From Rhodospirillaceae bacterium (GTDB lineage: Bacteria; Pseudomonadota; Gammaproteobacteria; Steroidobacterales; Rariloculaceae): a stretch of DNA of 51,280 nucleotides. Shown here piece after piece: positions 38,443 through 47,900 of the stretch; the stretch's first letter is position 1, and each line of letters begins with the position of its first letter. The notes under the pieces are model-generated. The model was not told where the DNA came from, searched no databases, and was given only the letters and a program-made list of their open reading frames with translations. The DNA lies in NCBI GenBank assembly GCA_037445815.1, contig JBBIJV010000002.1, positions 1 to 51,280 on the forward strand, read 5' to 3'. The translations under genes were made by a program, and so were the position numbers.

Positions 38443-39346
38443 AGGGCTGGACGTTACGCTGCACGCTCGTGAGCAGCGCAAGCCCTGACAGGATCAACAG
38501 CATACCCGCGCCTTCGGCGGCGCTCGGCCGCTCGCCGAGCTGGATCCACGCGGCCGCGACGCCGACGACGGGCACGGCCAAGGCGTTGAGCCCGCTGATC
38601 GTAGCCGGCAGGCGCTGGAGGATGTAGAGCCACAGCAACGGCGCGATCGCCATTCCGCCGACGGCGTTGTAAAGCAGCGCCCATACGAAGTAACCGCTCA
38701 CGACGATCGGCCGCTCATCAACGAAGGCCGCGATCACGACGAGCGGGATCATGCCGAACGCCAACTGCCAGGCGGTCACGGACAGCAGGTCGTTGCGGCT
38801 CGTAACCGGCATTCGCTTGAAGATGATGACGCTGATCGCCCACGAGACGCCGGCGCCGAGCGCGAGGAGGCTGCTCACGGCGTCGGCCTGTCCCGCCCAA
38901 AGCTCGAGCACGAGCACGAGCCCAAACAGGATTAGGCCGGCGGCGGCCCACTGCCAGCCGCGCAGCCGATCGGGCAAAAACGGCCAGCCGAATACGATGA
39001 CCCAGAACGGCATCGTGTAGCCGAGCACCGCGCTCTTGCCGGCGGCCCCGCCGTCGAGCGCATAGGAGATGAGCCCAACGAATCCGGCCGTCTGGAACAG
39101 CCCGAGAAACAACGTCTTGCCGACGTGCTGCGGCTTGAGCGGCACGCCGAGCGCCCATAGCACGGCAAACAGGAACGCGGCGCCCAACACGCCGCGCAGC
39201 GCTGCGAAATCCATCGGCCCCACGTACTGAAGCGCGAGCTTCATGACGACCCAGTTGTAGCCCCAGATCGAAGTCAGCAGCGCAAGCGCGAGCAGCGGGC
39301 CGGTGTTGGCTGATCGCACCGGCGGCGAGGAGGGGGAAGTCGTCAT
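38441..39346 (-). CDS. DMT-superfamily (EamA-type) transporter
   Basis: The internal ATG at 39346 gives MTTSPSSPPVRSANTGPLLALALLTSIWGYNWVVMK... Ten predicted TM segments form two EamA halves. Confidence 0.85.
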   Translation of the reverse strand: MTTSPSSPPVRSANTGPLLALALLTSIWGYNWVVMKLALQYVGPMDFAALRGVLGAAFLFAVLWALGVPLKPQHVGKTLFLGLFQTAGFVGLISYALDGGAAGKSAVLGYTMPFWVIVFGWPFLPDRLRGWQWAAAGLILFGLVLVLELWAGQADAVSSLLALGAGVSWAISVIIFKRMPVTSRNDLLSVTAWQLAFGMIPLVVIAAFVDERPIVVSGYFVWALLYNAVGGMAIAPLLWLYILQRLPATISGLNALAVPVVGVAAAWIQLGERPSAAEGAGMLLILSGLALLTSVQRNVQP

Positions 39347-39448
39347 CGAACCGCTACTGTACCTGCTTGGACTATCGATATTCGATGACGCAAGTTGCCA
39401 GCCGAAGCCGCAGCCTCTTATCGTGACCGCTCGCACCGGAGGATACTC

Positions 39449-40420
39449 ATGACGACGAGCTCGTCGACGCTGTCGCGTCGCACCACTGTTCTTGCGGGCA
39501 TCGGCCTGGCGCTCGGCGCGGCGGGCGCCCGCACGTTTGCGCAATCGGCCGGCGATGAGCGCGTCCCCGAGAACGAGACCTACTGGGCGCAGATGGGCGT
39601 GTCGCTGGCCGGCAAGGTGGCGCTCGTCACGGGCTCGACCGACGGGCTCGGCAAGGAGGTCGCGCGCCAGCTTGGCGCCCTCGGCGCATTCGTCATCGTT
39701 CACGGGCGCAATCAGGAGCGCGGCGAGGAAGTCGTTCGCACGATTCGCACGGCCGGACGCGGCGACGCCGTATTTCATCGCGCCGACTTCGCGTCCCTCG
39801 CCGCCGTCGCCGGCTTCGCCGAACATATCCTCGAGACTTACGACCGCCTGGATCTCTTGATCAACAACGCGGCGGCCGTCAGCGGCCGCGAGCGGCAGAC
39901 GAGCGCGGATGGCCACGAGCTCGCGTTTGCCGTGAACTATTTGTCGCACTTCCTGCTCACGTACCGCCTGTTGCCTCTGCTCGAGGCAAGCGCGCCGGCG
40001 CGCATCGTGAACGTCTCGTCACTCGGCCAGGCGCCGATCGACTTCACGGACGTGATGCTCGAGCGCCACTACGACCCGGGCGACGCGTATCGGCGCAGCA
40101 AGCTCGCGCAGATCATGTTCACGATCGATCTCGCCACCGAGCTCGACCCGAGCCACGTCACGGTGAACAGCCTGCACCCCGCGCGCTCGATGAACACTGC
40201 GCGCGTCATCAACGGCGGCTTCAAGCCCTCGAGCACCGTCGAGGAAGGCGCCGAGGCGACGATGCAGCTTGCGGTATCGCCGGCACTCGCCAACCGGACG
40301 GGTCTCTACTTCAACGGCTTGAACGAAGCGAAGGCCATCGCGCAGGCTTACGACACCGGAGCCCGCGCGAAGCTGCGCGCGCTGAGCTTCGAGCTGACGG
40401 GGCTCGAACGCCGCGGCTGA
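39449..40420 (+). CDS. SDR-family oxidoreductase with a Tat-like signal peptide
   Basis: GGAGGATACTC precedes the ATG. MTTSSSTLSRRTTVLAGIGLALGAAGARTFA is followed by ALVTGSTDGLGKEVA (TGxxxGxG) and YRRSK (YxxxK). Confidence 0.8.
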   Translation: MTTSSSTLSRRTTVLAGIGLALGAAGARTFAQSAGDERVPENETYWAQMGVSLAGKVALVTGSTDGLGKEVARQLGALGAFVIVHGRNQERGEEVVRTIRTAGRGDAVFHRADFASLAAVAGFAEHILETYDRLDLLINNAAAVSGRERQTSADGHELAFAVNYLSHFLLTYRLLPLLEASAPARIVNVSSLGQAPIDFTDVMLERHYDPGDAYRRSKLAQIMFTIDLATELDPSHVTVNSLHPARSMNTARVINGGFKPSSTVEEGAEATMQLAVSPALANRTGLYFNGLNEAKAIAQAYDTGARAKLRALSFELTGLERRG

Positions 40421-40479
40421 CGGCCTCCCGACGTGCGAGGGCGCCCGGCGCGGCGGATCGCGTGCGCTACGCGGCCGAG

Positions 40480-40588
40480 AGCAACGGCGCCAATGCCCGG
40501 CCCGTGTGCGACGCCGTGCACGCGGCAGCATGCGCAGCGCGTAGCATATGTCGCGTCCGATGGATTCGATGCCTTCGATGATGTTCAT
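40480..40588 (-). pseudogene. Possible N-terminal fragment of an ADOP/MacB-like FtsX-family ABC permease
   Basis: GGGGAGG and an ATG at 40588 give MNIIEGIESIGRDICYALRML. This resembles the conserved permease N-terminus (...DLRYALRMLRK...). The homology then collapses and the frame runs into the SDR gene. Confidence 0.3.
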
Positions 40589-40763
40589 GGGCGGAGCCTC
40601 CCCGACGCGACGGACCCCCTGTGCGCGCGCCGACGCGACCTTCATGCCAAGCATCGAGCGAGCGCCAAGCCATTGATTCGGCCTGAAAAGTGCGGCTTCG
40701 AAGTTCAGCCGAGTCGGTGGGGACGTCCCGATTCCGCGCAACCGTGTCCCGGCTGCGGGACGC

Positions 40764-41174
40764 TCACAGCAGCCGCAACTGTGCCCCGCCGATCTCGGCT
40801 TCGAAGTTGAGCAGCACGCACCCGCCGATCAGGCAGTCCTCGATCAGCGCGCGCTCGGCCGCGCGCATCTCTGTCGAGTCCACGCGGGCGCGGACCACCA
40901 TCACCGGTAGGCGCTGGCCGTTTTCGTACAGCTCGCGAATCCACGTATAGAGGGGCCGGTACTCCGGCGACCGAATCCACCATGGTGTTTCGGCCGGCAA
41001 CCACAATCGTGCCGCGCCGACGTGCTGCAAGAAGCGGCGACGCGGCGCGAGCGTCTGGCCCACGTAGCGGACGGCTGCCACGTCGCGTGGATCCGAAAGG
41101 GTATAGATCGCGGTGCCGCCGTGGCGACACTCGCGCGCCTCATCGTGCCAGTGAGCCGCCACGCGCGAGCGCAC
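40764..41174 (-). CDS. Small GIY-YIG-like domain protein
   Basis: AIYTLSDPRDVAAVRYVGQTLAPRRRFLQH...RAAERALIEDC fits the GIY-(N10)-YVGQT...R...E pattern. 136 aa with a GTG start. Confidence 0.45.
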   Translation of the reverse strand: MRSRVAAHWHDEARECRHGGTAIYTLSDPRDVAAVRYVGQTLAPRRRFLQHVGAARLWLPAETPWWIRSPEYRPLYTWIRELYENGQRLPVMVVRARVDSTEMRAAERALIEDCLIGGCVLLNFEAEIGGAQLRLL

Positions 41175-41233
41175 GTAGCGCTGAGCTCGGGCTTCGTGGG
41201 CGACGACGAGGCGGCAAGACGCACGCGGACGTT

Positions 41234-41791
41234 CTAGTGTGACGGCTCAGCGCCCGGAATGTTCGGAAGCAAACCCGCTCGCTTCATGAACTCCCAGCGG
41301 AAGTCGGCGGCCTCGCGCTCCACGGCTTCGTAGTCGCTGACGTACCGCGCCGCGAATCCCTCGACGCCCCACTGCGCGAACTGCATCACGTGCTTGAGCT
41401 CGTGCGCCCAGAGCTTCGGATCCTCGAGCGCTGCGCGGCGCTCGGCGAACACTACGACGTGATCGAGCGTCGTCGCAGGCACGTGGCCGAAGCGGATGAC
41501 ATTGTGCGGCAAGGAGAGCTCACTCGCGCCTTCGCGCCAACGGACGCGGTCTAGGATCGGCTCCGGCACGTAGCCCGCGAGCGCCGCGCGAATCGGCTGC
41601 GGGATCGGCTCGACGCCCTGCGCGATCACCGCATCGCGCTCGTATGCGATCCAACCGGCGAGCAGCGACGCCATCGTTCGCACCATCAGGGAGCCCGACC
41701 CGGCGGCCGGCGCGCCCTCGGTCGGAGCCTGCCCGAAGGCGCCCGCAAAGGCGGCCAGGGCAAATCCCGCGAACAGGAGGCGCAGAGTCAC
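41234..41791 (-). CDS. Secreted DUF4157-like HExxH metallopeptidase-domain protein
   Basis: The signal peptide is [46 protein letters not shown] carries the HExxH motif. The GTG start overlaps the RidA stop (GTGA). Confidence 0.65.
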   Translation of the reverse strand: MTLRLLFAGFALAAFAGAFGQAPTEGAPAAGSGSLMVRTMASLLAGWIAYERDAVIAQGVEPIPQPIRAALAGYVPEPILDRVRWREGASELSLPHNVIRFGHVPATTLDHVVVFAERRAALEDPKLWAHELKHVMQFAQWGVEGFAARYVSDYEAVEREAADFRWEFMKRAGLLPNIPGAEPSH

Positions 41792-42189
41792 GGCCCCGCT
41801 CGGTCATCGCCGACGTACGCGTCGGCCTCGATCTCGATGAGCATTTCCGGCGCGATGAGCTTCGACACCTCGACCATCGTCGTCGCGGGCCGAATGCCCC
41901 CGAAGAACTCGCCATGCACTTTGCCCGCGAGCTCCCACTCGCCGATGTTCACGACGAACAGCCGCGTGCGCACGACGTCCGTGAGCTTGGCGCCGGCCTT
42001 CGCGAGCGCGCTCTCGATGTTGTGCAAGCACTGCCGCGTCTGCGCGGCCAAGTCGCCCACGCCGACGATCTCTCCACCCGCCCCCGTGGCCGTGGTGCCG
42101 GAGACGTGAACGTATGGGCCGATGCGGACGGCACGCGAATAGCCGACGATCGGCTCCCATTTCGAGCCCGAGGCAAAATTCTTGCGCAC
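41788..42189 (-). CDS. RidA/YjgF-family protein
   Basis: Contains [18 protein letters not shown]...[30 protein letters not shown]...MLIEIEADA. Confidence 0.85.
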   Translation of the reverse strand: MRKNFASGSKWEPIVGYSRAVRIGPYVHVSGTTATGAGGEIVGVGDLAAQTRQCLHNIESALAKAGAKLTDVVRTRLFVVNIGEWELAGKVHGEFFGGIRPATTMVEVSKLIAPEMLIEIEADAYVGDDRAGP

Positions 42190-42210
42190 GGTTCACCTAC
42201 CCTTCCAAAG

Positions 42211-43161
42211 CTACTTCGCCGCGGCACGCAGCCGCTCACGGTTATCGAGCAGCAGATCCCGGACGCTCGTCCCCGGCCGGCCCGTGAGATCTTGCACCGC
42301 CGTGCTCGGTTCGCGCAGGTACGGAGAATCGAGCTCTGCGGCGAACGAGATCGTGCCCTCGATCGACGCCTCCGGCATGCCGGAGTCGGCCAGGCGCTGC
42401 CGGTACTCGGCCTCGCTCAAGACGATCAGCTCGGCCGGCTTACCGCTAATCTCGCTCGCCAGCGCGACGAGCTCGCTCGGCCCGATCGCCTCGGGCCCCG
42501 TAATGTTGTACGCGCGGTTCTCGTGACCGGGCGTGGTGAGCACAACGGCGGCCGCCGCCGCACAGTCCTCGCGCGTGACGTAGGCGACGCGCGCGTCGGG
42601 CGTATGCGTCACGAGTCCGCCGTCACGAACGATCATGATCGCCTGGTCGACGAGGCCGTTCGCATAGATCTGGTTGCGCAGCATCGTCCATGCCACGCCG
42701 CTCTCCATGAGATACGTCTCCGTACGCCGGTGATCGACGGCGATCGTCGATGTGTCGTAACGGTCCGCGTTCACGTACGACGTATAAGCGATGTGCTTGA
42801 CGCCAGCGCGCACGGCGGCGTCGATGGCGGCCTTGTGCAGCTCGGGCCGATTGCCGCCGCCCGCGTTGATGCTGATCAAGAGCATCCGTGTGCCGCCCCG
42901 ATACGCGGCGTCCAGCGACTCCGGTTGCGTAAAGTCGCCGAACCGCACGCTCGCGCCGCGTGCGGCGTACGCCTGCAAGTGATCCGTGTTCGGCGTGCGG
43001 CTCACAAGAATCAGGTTCTCGGGCGCCACGTCGCGCTTCAGCAGCTCGTCGATGACGAGGCTGCCGAGCTGCCCCGAGGCACCCGAGACAATGATCTTGT
43101 CTTGCGCGAGCGCCGCGAACGGCAAAAGCCACAACGCGAGCCAGGCAACGATGCGTGCCAT
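42211..43161 (-). CDS. NmrA-family NAD(P)-binding protein with a signal-peptide-like N-terminus
   Basis: MARIVAWLALWLLPFAALAQ precedes IIVSGASGQLGSLVIDEL, a Rossmann GxxGxxG motif. Confidence 0.75.
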   Translation of the reverse strand: MARIVAWLALWLLPFAALAQDKIIVSGASGQLGSLVIDELLKRDVAPENLILVSRTPNTDHLQAYAARGASVRFGDFTQPESLDAAYRGGTRMLLISINAGGGNRPELHKAAIDAAVRAGVKHIAYTSYVNADRYDTSTIAVDHRRTETYLMESGVAWTMLRNQIYANGLVDQAIMIVRDGGLVTHTPDARVAYVTREDCAAAAAVVLTTPGHENRAYNITGPEAIGPSELVALASEISGKPAELIVLSEAEYRQRLADSGMPEASIEGTISFAAELDSPYLREPSTAVQDLTGRPGTSVRDLLLDNRERLRAAAK

Positions 43162-43162
43162 G

Positions 43163-43918
43163 TCAGCCGCTCGCTCGACGCCGCGGCGCCACGCCGGCGA
43201 GCGCGTAGAGCGCCTTCGTTTCTTCGGGCGACAACGGCCTGCTCGCGCCGCGGTAGAGATCGCCGAGAATCACGGCGTCGTAGCGAACGCGAATCACTCG
43301 GCTCACGGGAAGACCGACGGCCGCAAGCATCGGACGCAGATCGCGATGCCGAGCCTCGCGCAACGTCACGTGATGCCACGCATTGCTGCCGGTGCCTCGC
43401 CCGCCTTCGATTTTCTCCACCTTCGCGACGCCCGTGTCGAGCCGTATGCCTTCCTCGAGCTCGCGAATCTGGGCCGGCGACGGCGTCCCGAGCAGGCGCA
43501 CGGCGTACTCGCGCTCGACGACCGTGCTCGGATGCATGAGACGGCTTGCGAGCTCGCCGTCCGTGGTGAGCACGGAGAGACCGGACGTGTTCCGGTCAAG
43601 TGGGCTCACATCGATCCAACGCCCGTACCTCGGCCGCGGCAGCTCGAACGCGCCGTCGTCCGTCCCGCCACGCGTCGCGCCGGGTTTGTAATAGGCGAGA
43701 AAGTCCTCGTGCGGCGGTTGCGCGAGCTTGGATGGGCTCAGGCGGATCGGCTTGCCGTCGAAGCACACGCGCTCGCGGCCCTGAAGCCGCTCGCCGAGCT
43801 TCGCGACGCGCCCGTCGACCGTGATGCGGCCCTCCGCCACCCAGCGTTCGATCGAGCGCCGCGAGCCGAGGCCGGCGTTCGCAAGAACCTTGTGGATGCG
43901 CTCGGGCACGGCGATCAC
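43163..43918 (-). CDS. rluB: 23S rRNA pseudouridine synthase RluB-type (S4 domain + RsuA/RluB catalytic domain)
   Basis: Contains ERIHKVLANAGLGSRRSIERWVAEGRITVDG and PLDRNTSGLSVLTTDGEL. The GTG start at 43918 (alternative 43909) lies just downstream of scpB. The longer ORF N-terminus is junk. Confidence 0.8.
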   Translation of the reverse strand: MIAVPERIHKVLANAGLGSRRSIERWVAEGRITVDGRVAKLGERLQGRERVCFDGKPIRLSPSKLAQPPHEDFLAYYKPGATRGGTDDGAFELPRPRYGRWIDVSPLDRNTSGLSVLTTDGELASRLMHPSTVVEREYAVRLLGTPSPAQIRELEEGIRLDTGVAKVEKIEGGRGTGSNAWHHVTLREARHRDLRPMLAAVGLPVSRVIRVRYDAVILGDLYRGASRPLSPEETKALYALAGVAPRRRASG

Positions 43919-43929
43919 GCGCGCCGGAG

Positions 43930-44817
43930 CTATTGTGCTTCCTCGGACGCCCGCAACGGGATTACCTCCGCCGACTTGACGCTGGCGTCGTCGCCGTCGT
44001 CGACATCCTTCGCTGCGCCGCGCTCGGTGCGCGACGGCTCCTCGTCTTCGGCGCCGATGAGGTCGGGCCCGGCGAGCTCCGAGTCGTCGTTTGCGTCGTC
44101 CTCGCCGTCTGTGCCGGCGGCAAGCACCGTCACGCTGGCGCCCGGCTCGCCGCCGCCGGCCTCGTCCCCGTCCGGACCCTGGGAGGCGCCATCGGAAGAC
44201 CCGCCGTCCTGCGACAGGACGGCGTCCACGCCCTGGGCGTCGGCCTCGATCGCGTCGATGAGGTCCGTTTGCGGGCTCAGCTCCGGCATGCCGTCTTTGA
44301 TTTCCGCGAGCGTCGGAAGATCCTCGAGCTTCTTCAGACCGAAATAGTCGAGGAAATCCTTCGTCGTGCCGAACATCGCAGGCTTGCCGGGCACGTCGCG
44401 ATGCCCGACGACGCGAATCCAGTTCCTTTCGAGCAGCGTGCGAATGATGTTCGTGCTGACGACGACGCCGCGCACCTCTTCGATCTCCGCGCGCGTGATC
44501 GGCTGGCGATACGCGACGAGCGCGAGCGTCTCGAGCAGCGCGCGTGTGTAGCGCGGCGCACGCTCCTCCCACAGCGGTTGGAGCCAGTCGCTCATCGAGC
44601 GCTTGATCTGCACGCGCCAGCCCGAAGCGACTTCCTTGAGCTCGATGCCGCGGGCCGTGTAGTCCGCCTGAAGCGCTTCGACCGCGCGCTTCAGCGTCGC
44701 TCGATCGGGCGCACCGCCCCTCGCAGCGAAGAGCTCGCTCAAACGTTCGAGCGTCAGCGGCCGGCCGGCAGCCAGCAACGCAGCTTCCACCACGTGTTTG
44801 ATTTCCGTCTCATCCAT
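43930..44817 (-). CDS. scpB: Segregation and condensation protein B
   Basis: Contains VVEAALLAAGRPLTLERL...LALVAYRQPITRAEIEEVRGV. A long acidic C-terminal tail follows. Confidence 0.85.
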   Translation of the reverse strand: MDETEIKHVVEAALLAAGRPLTLERLSELFAARGGAPDRATLKRAVEALQADYTARGIELKEVASGWRVQIKRSMSDWLQPLWEERAPRYTRALLETLALVAYRQPITRAEIEEVRGVVVSTNIIRTLLERNWIRVVGHRDVPGKPAMFGTTKDFLDYFGLKKLEDLPTLAEIKDGMPELSPQTDLIDAIEADAQGVDAVLSQDGGSSDGASQGPDGDEAGGGEPGASVTVLAAGTDGEDDANDDSELAGPDLIGAEDEEPSRTERGAAKDVDDGDDASVKSAEVIPLRASEEAQ

Positions 44818-45754
44818 TGTATTGCTCGTCCGTGCCGCTGGCTTGAATACGATCCTCGGTGATCTCGCTCGGGCCGGGGCCCGCGTGCGCGGCGCGAATG
44901 TGAATGGGCCCGAACGCTTCGGCTTGCACGACGTCGACCAAGGATTCCTTCACGAGCTCGAGGATGGCGAGAAACGTGACCGTAACGCCCATGCGCCCTT
45001 CGACCGGATCGAACAGCCGCTGAAACTCGACGTAGCGCTCGGTTTGAAGCGTGAGCAGGATGTTCGACATGCGTTCGCGCACCGACAGCGGCTCGCGGCG
45101 CACGTGGTGATGCTGGAACATCTGCGAGCGGTCGAGCGCTTCCTTGAAGACGATGAGGAGCTCTTTCAGCGTGATGTCGGGCAGCTTCGTGACTACGGGG
45201 CGCTCGACGACGTCGGCGCTCGCCTGAAGCACGTCGCGCTCCAGGCGCTCGAGCGCGTCGATGTCGCCGGCGGCCTTCTTGAACCGCTCGTATTCCTGGA
45301 GACGCCGCACGAGCTCGGCGCGCGGATCCTCTTCTTCGTCCTCTCCGTCCGCCGAGCGCGGCAGCAGCATCCGCGACTTGATCTCTGCCAGGGTCGCTGC
45401 CATGACGAGGTACTCGCCGGCCAGCTCGAACTGCATCTCTTTCATCAACTCGATGTACTGCACGTACTGGCGCGAGATCTCGGCAATCGGGATATCGAGT
45501 ATGTCGAGGTTCTGCCGCCGGATCAGATACAGCAGCAGGTCGAGCGGGCCCTCGAACGCCTCGAGAAACACCTCGAGCGCGTACGGCGGTATGTACAGGT
45601 CACGCGGCAGCTCCGTGATCGGCTCGCCTTCGACGATGGCGAACGGCATCTCGCCCTGCGAGGGCGCCCCCGCTCCCTCCGCAACGATGGGCGGCGGCGT
45701 AGCGGGCACCAAGCGCAATCTCGGCTTGGCCGGGTTGGCGGCTTCTTCGGTCAA
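44810..45754 (-). CDS. scpA: Segregation and condensation protein A
   Basis: Contains LEVFLEAFEGPLDLLLYLIRRQNLDILDIPIAEISRQY. The TTG at 45754 abuts the upstream stop; an alternative ATG start is at 45649. Confidence 0.85.
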   Translation of the reverse strand: MTEEAANPAKPRLRLVPATPPPIVAEGAGAPSQGEMPFAIVEGEPITELPRDLYIPPYALEVFLEAFEGPLDLLLYLIRRQNLDILDIPIAEISRQYVQYIELMKEMQFELAGEYLVMAATLAEIKSRMLLPRSADGEDEEEDPRAELVRRLQEYERFKKAAGDIDALERLERDVLQASADVVERPVVTKLPDITLKELLIVFKEALDRSQMFQHHHVRREPLSVRERMSNILLTLQTERYVEFQRLFDPVEGRMGVTVTFLAILELVKESLVDVVQAEAFGPIHIRAAHAGPGPSEITEDRIQASGTDEQYNG

Positions 45755-46432
45755 CTAGACGATTCCTGCAGCTGAAAAAAAGAAATCGATGAAGAAACGG
45801 AGGAAGGGCTCCATGACGTTCCACAGCAGCGGAATCGGCCCCACCACGAGCAACAGCACGATGATAAAGCCAAAGGGCTCGATCCGCGCCAGAAAGTCGG
45901 CGCCGCGCTGCGGCAAGACGCCTGCAAGCACGCGGCCGCCGTCGAGCGGCGGAATCGGAATCAAATTAAAAACCATCAGCAACACGTTGAACCATATGCC
46001 AACACGTGCCGCCAGAACCATCATCCCGCCGAGAAACGTGTTCTCCATGCCGAGGCCGAACACCAACATCGCAACCAGCGCCCAGAACGTGGCCATGACG
46101 AGGTTCGCGCCGGGGCCTGCCGCGGCCACGAGAATCATGTCGCGCTTCGGGTTGCGTAGGTTCCCGAACTGGACGGGAACCGGCTTCGCCCAACCGAACA
46201 TCATCGATCCGCCCGACAACAGCGCCAGACCGATCGGCACCACCACCGTTCCGATCGGATCGACGTGGCGAATAGGGTTCGCCGAGAGCCTGCCGAGTCG
46301 ATGCGCCGTGGGATCGCCGAGCTGCTTCGCGGCCCAGCCGTGCGCTACCTCGTGCATCGTGATCGCGAATACGACAGGGACGGCCCCATAGGCGAGCGTG
46401 AGGAGCAGGTCCAAGGGGTCCATGCCGAACAT
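45755..46432 (-). CDS. Site-2 protease family (M50) membrane metalloprotease
   Basis: HEVAHGWAAKQLGD is the HExxH in a TM helix. NLIPIPPLDGGRV is the NxxPxxxLDG motif. Confidence 0.8.
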   Translation of the reverse strand: MFGMDPLDLLLTLAYGAVPVVFAITMHEVAHGWAAKQLGDPTAHRLGRLSANPIRHVDPIGTVVVPIGLALLSGGSMMFGWAKPVPVQFGNLRNPKRDMILVAAAGPGANLVMATFWALVAMLVFGLGMENTFLGGMMVLAARVGIWFNVLLMVFNLIPIPPLDGGRVLAGVLPQRGADFLARIEPFGFIIVLLLVVGPIPLLWNVMEPFLRFFIDFFFSAAGIV

Positions 46433-46564
46433 CGCGGCATTATACGTACTCGGCCTGCGCCGTCAGCTTCCGATACCTGCCCGCCGTCGCTCAGATCGAG
46501 CGCGGCTCGTCCGCGCCAGTGGCGGCGCTGCGGTGCACTCCGTCGAGTCGGTGAGCGAGGCCGC

Positions 46565-47581
46565 TCAGCGCGACGCAGGCTCGGGCACCGTCGTCGCCGG
46601 CAACGGCCAGTGGCCGTGATACGGCGGCCAGTTCGGCACGGCGAGCTCCGGTGGCGGATAGAACATCGACGTGTAGATCGTGCGAATCTTGCCCTCGTCG
46701 ATCGCGAACCATTCGCTGAACACGTTGCGAGGCGTCGTAGACCCGGGGCGGCGGATGAACACGCCGTAAGAGAGAACTACCTGCGCTTCCTCGTCGACGA
46801 GCGGAATTCGCCGAGCAACGACCATCTGGAGGTTGAAGTTCTCGAGGCCAGCGAGGCAGTCGCGGCTCCCGGGCCCCGGCGGTGCAGCCGGCGCGGCCGC
46901 GGCGTTCGCCGCAACAGCCGGGGGCAGGAATTGGCCAGCCGGCGCCGGCGAGCCGTTTTCGACTCGGCCACACCCCTCGTGAGCGAGCGCCACGGTGCGG
47001 TCGTGCGACGTGAGCGCATCGAAATAGCTCTCGACGATCCGGATCAGCGTCTGCCGGTCCACGCGCTCGTCACGCGGTACGACGCGCTGCGGCGGTTGAT
47101 TACGGGCGAGATACTCGGGGTTGTGCAGATTGGCCGGCGGGCGGCCGGGCTGGCGTGGGCCGCTCAAGCCCGGGTCGTTTTCCCGCGCGAGGTACCACTC
47201 GGCCTCCGTAATGGCGCGGTTTTCGACCCGCACGCGCACGGTTACGATCGCGACCGCATCGCCTTCTAACACCGTCCCGAAATAAGCCGCTTGGCCCGAG
47301 ACCGGATCGAAGTACTTCCGCTGCGCTTGGCCGAGGCCCGTCACGGAGCGCCACACGCCGTTGCCGGGCGCCACGTTGATCGCGTTCTCCGTCTGCCGAA
47401 ACCCGGTGACGACGGGTGCCGCGCTCGGATCGTGCGCGACGACGGCCGCGAGATAGCGATCGAGCATCGTCCGCAGGCAGTCCCGGTCGCACGAGCCCTG
47501 TCCGGAGGCGCTGCTCGTGACGCAAACCCAAACCGCCAACGTCGCTGCGGCGTGCAGCGCCGCTCTCATCGATCTTTCCAT
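46565..47581 (-). CDS. Hypothetical secreted protein
   Basis: The signal peptide is MRAALHAAATLAVWVCVTSSASG. 338 aa. I recognise no family. Confidence 0.55.
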   Translation of the reverse strand: MERSMRAALHAAATLAVWVCVTSSASGQGSCDRDCLRTMLDRYLAAVVAHDPSAAPVVTGFRQTENAINVAPGNGVWRSVTGLGQAQRKYFDPVSGQAAYFGTVLEGDAVAIVTVRVRVENRAITEAEWYLARENDPGLSGPRQPGRPPANLHNPEYLARNQPPQRVVPRDERVDRQTLIRIVESYFDALTSHDRTVALAHEGCGRVENGSPAPAGQFLPPAVAANAAAAPAAPPGPGSRDCLAGLENFNLQMVVARRIPLVDEEAQVVLSYGVFIRRPGSTTPRNVFSEWFAIDEGKIRTIYTSMFYPPPELAVPNWPPYHGHWPLPATTVPEPASR

Positions 47582-47900
47582 GCTCTCCCCCCTCTGTGGA
47601 ACGCGGCTGTCGAACGAATGGTCTGGTTTGGGTCGGCGCGCTTTAGGTCACTGCGCTCACGGTGCTGATGTTACCTCGGCGAGCGGTCTGCAAAGATTGC
47701 TCGAGGCCTTTTACCTGATCGGCGATGTTCGGCCGGCTGTCGAGGCCCGAGATGAGGAAGTTCATACCGGCGGTCGCCGACAGCCCGCGAAACTGCCGTA
47801 ATCAACGCCGGGAGCGGCGCAGCGCCCTCGCCCGGGTCGCGAGGCGATGCGCATGTGCCAACCAATGCTGTCGACACCAAACGTGATCGCCACGGCGCGG

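Noticed and set aside
38168-38488. Repeat-like ORFs (RRHRRS... and AAVATAVA...) and a possible repeat array
   Set aside because: These are alternative-frame and antisense readings of the GGY-coding tandem repeat in the RRM protein tail. The period is about 18 bp with no spacers, so it is not a CRISPR array.
40019-40741. 240-aa minus-strand ORF overlapping the SDR gene 3' end
   Set aside because: Only about 25 codons (40517-40588) show any family resemblance, to a permease N-terminus. The rest is antisense to a well-supported SDR and has junk composition.
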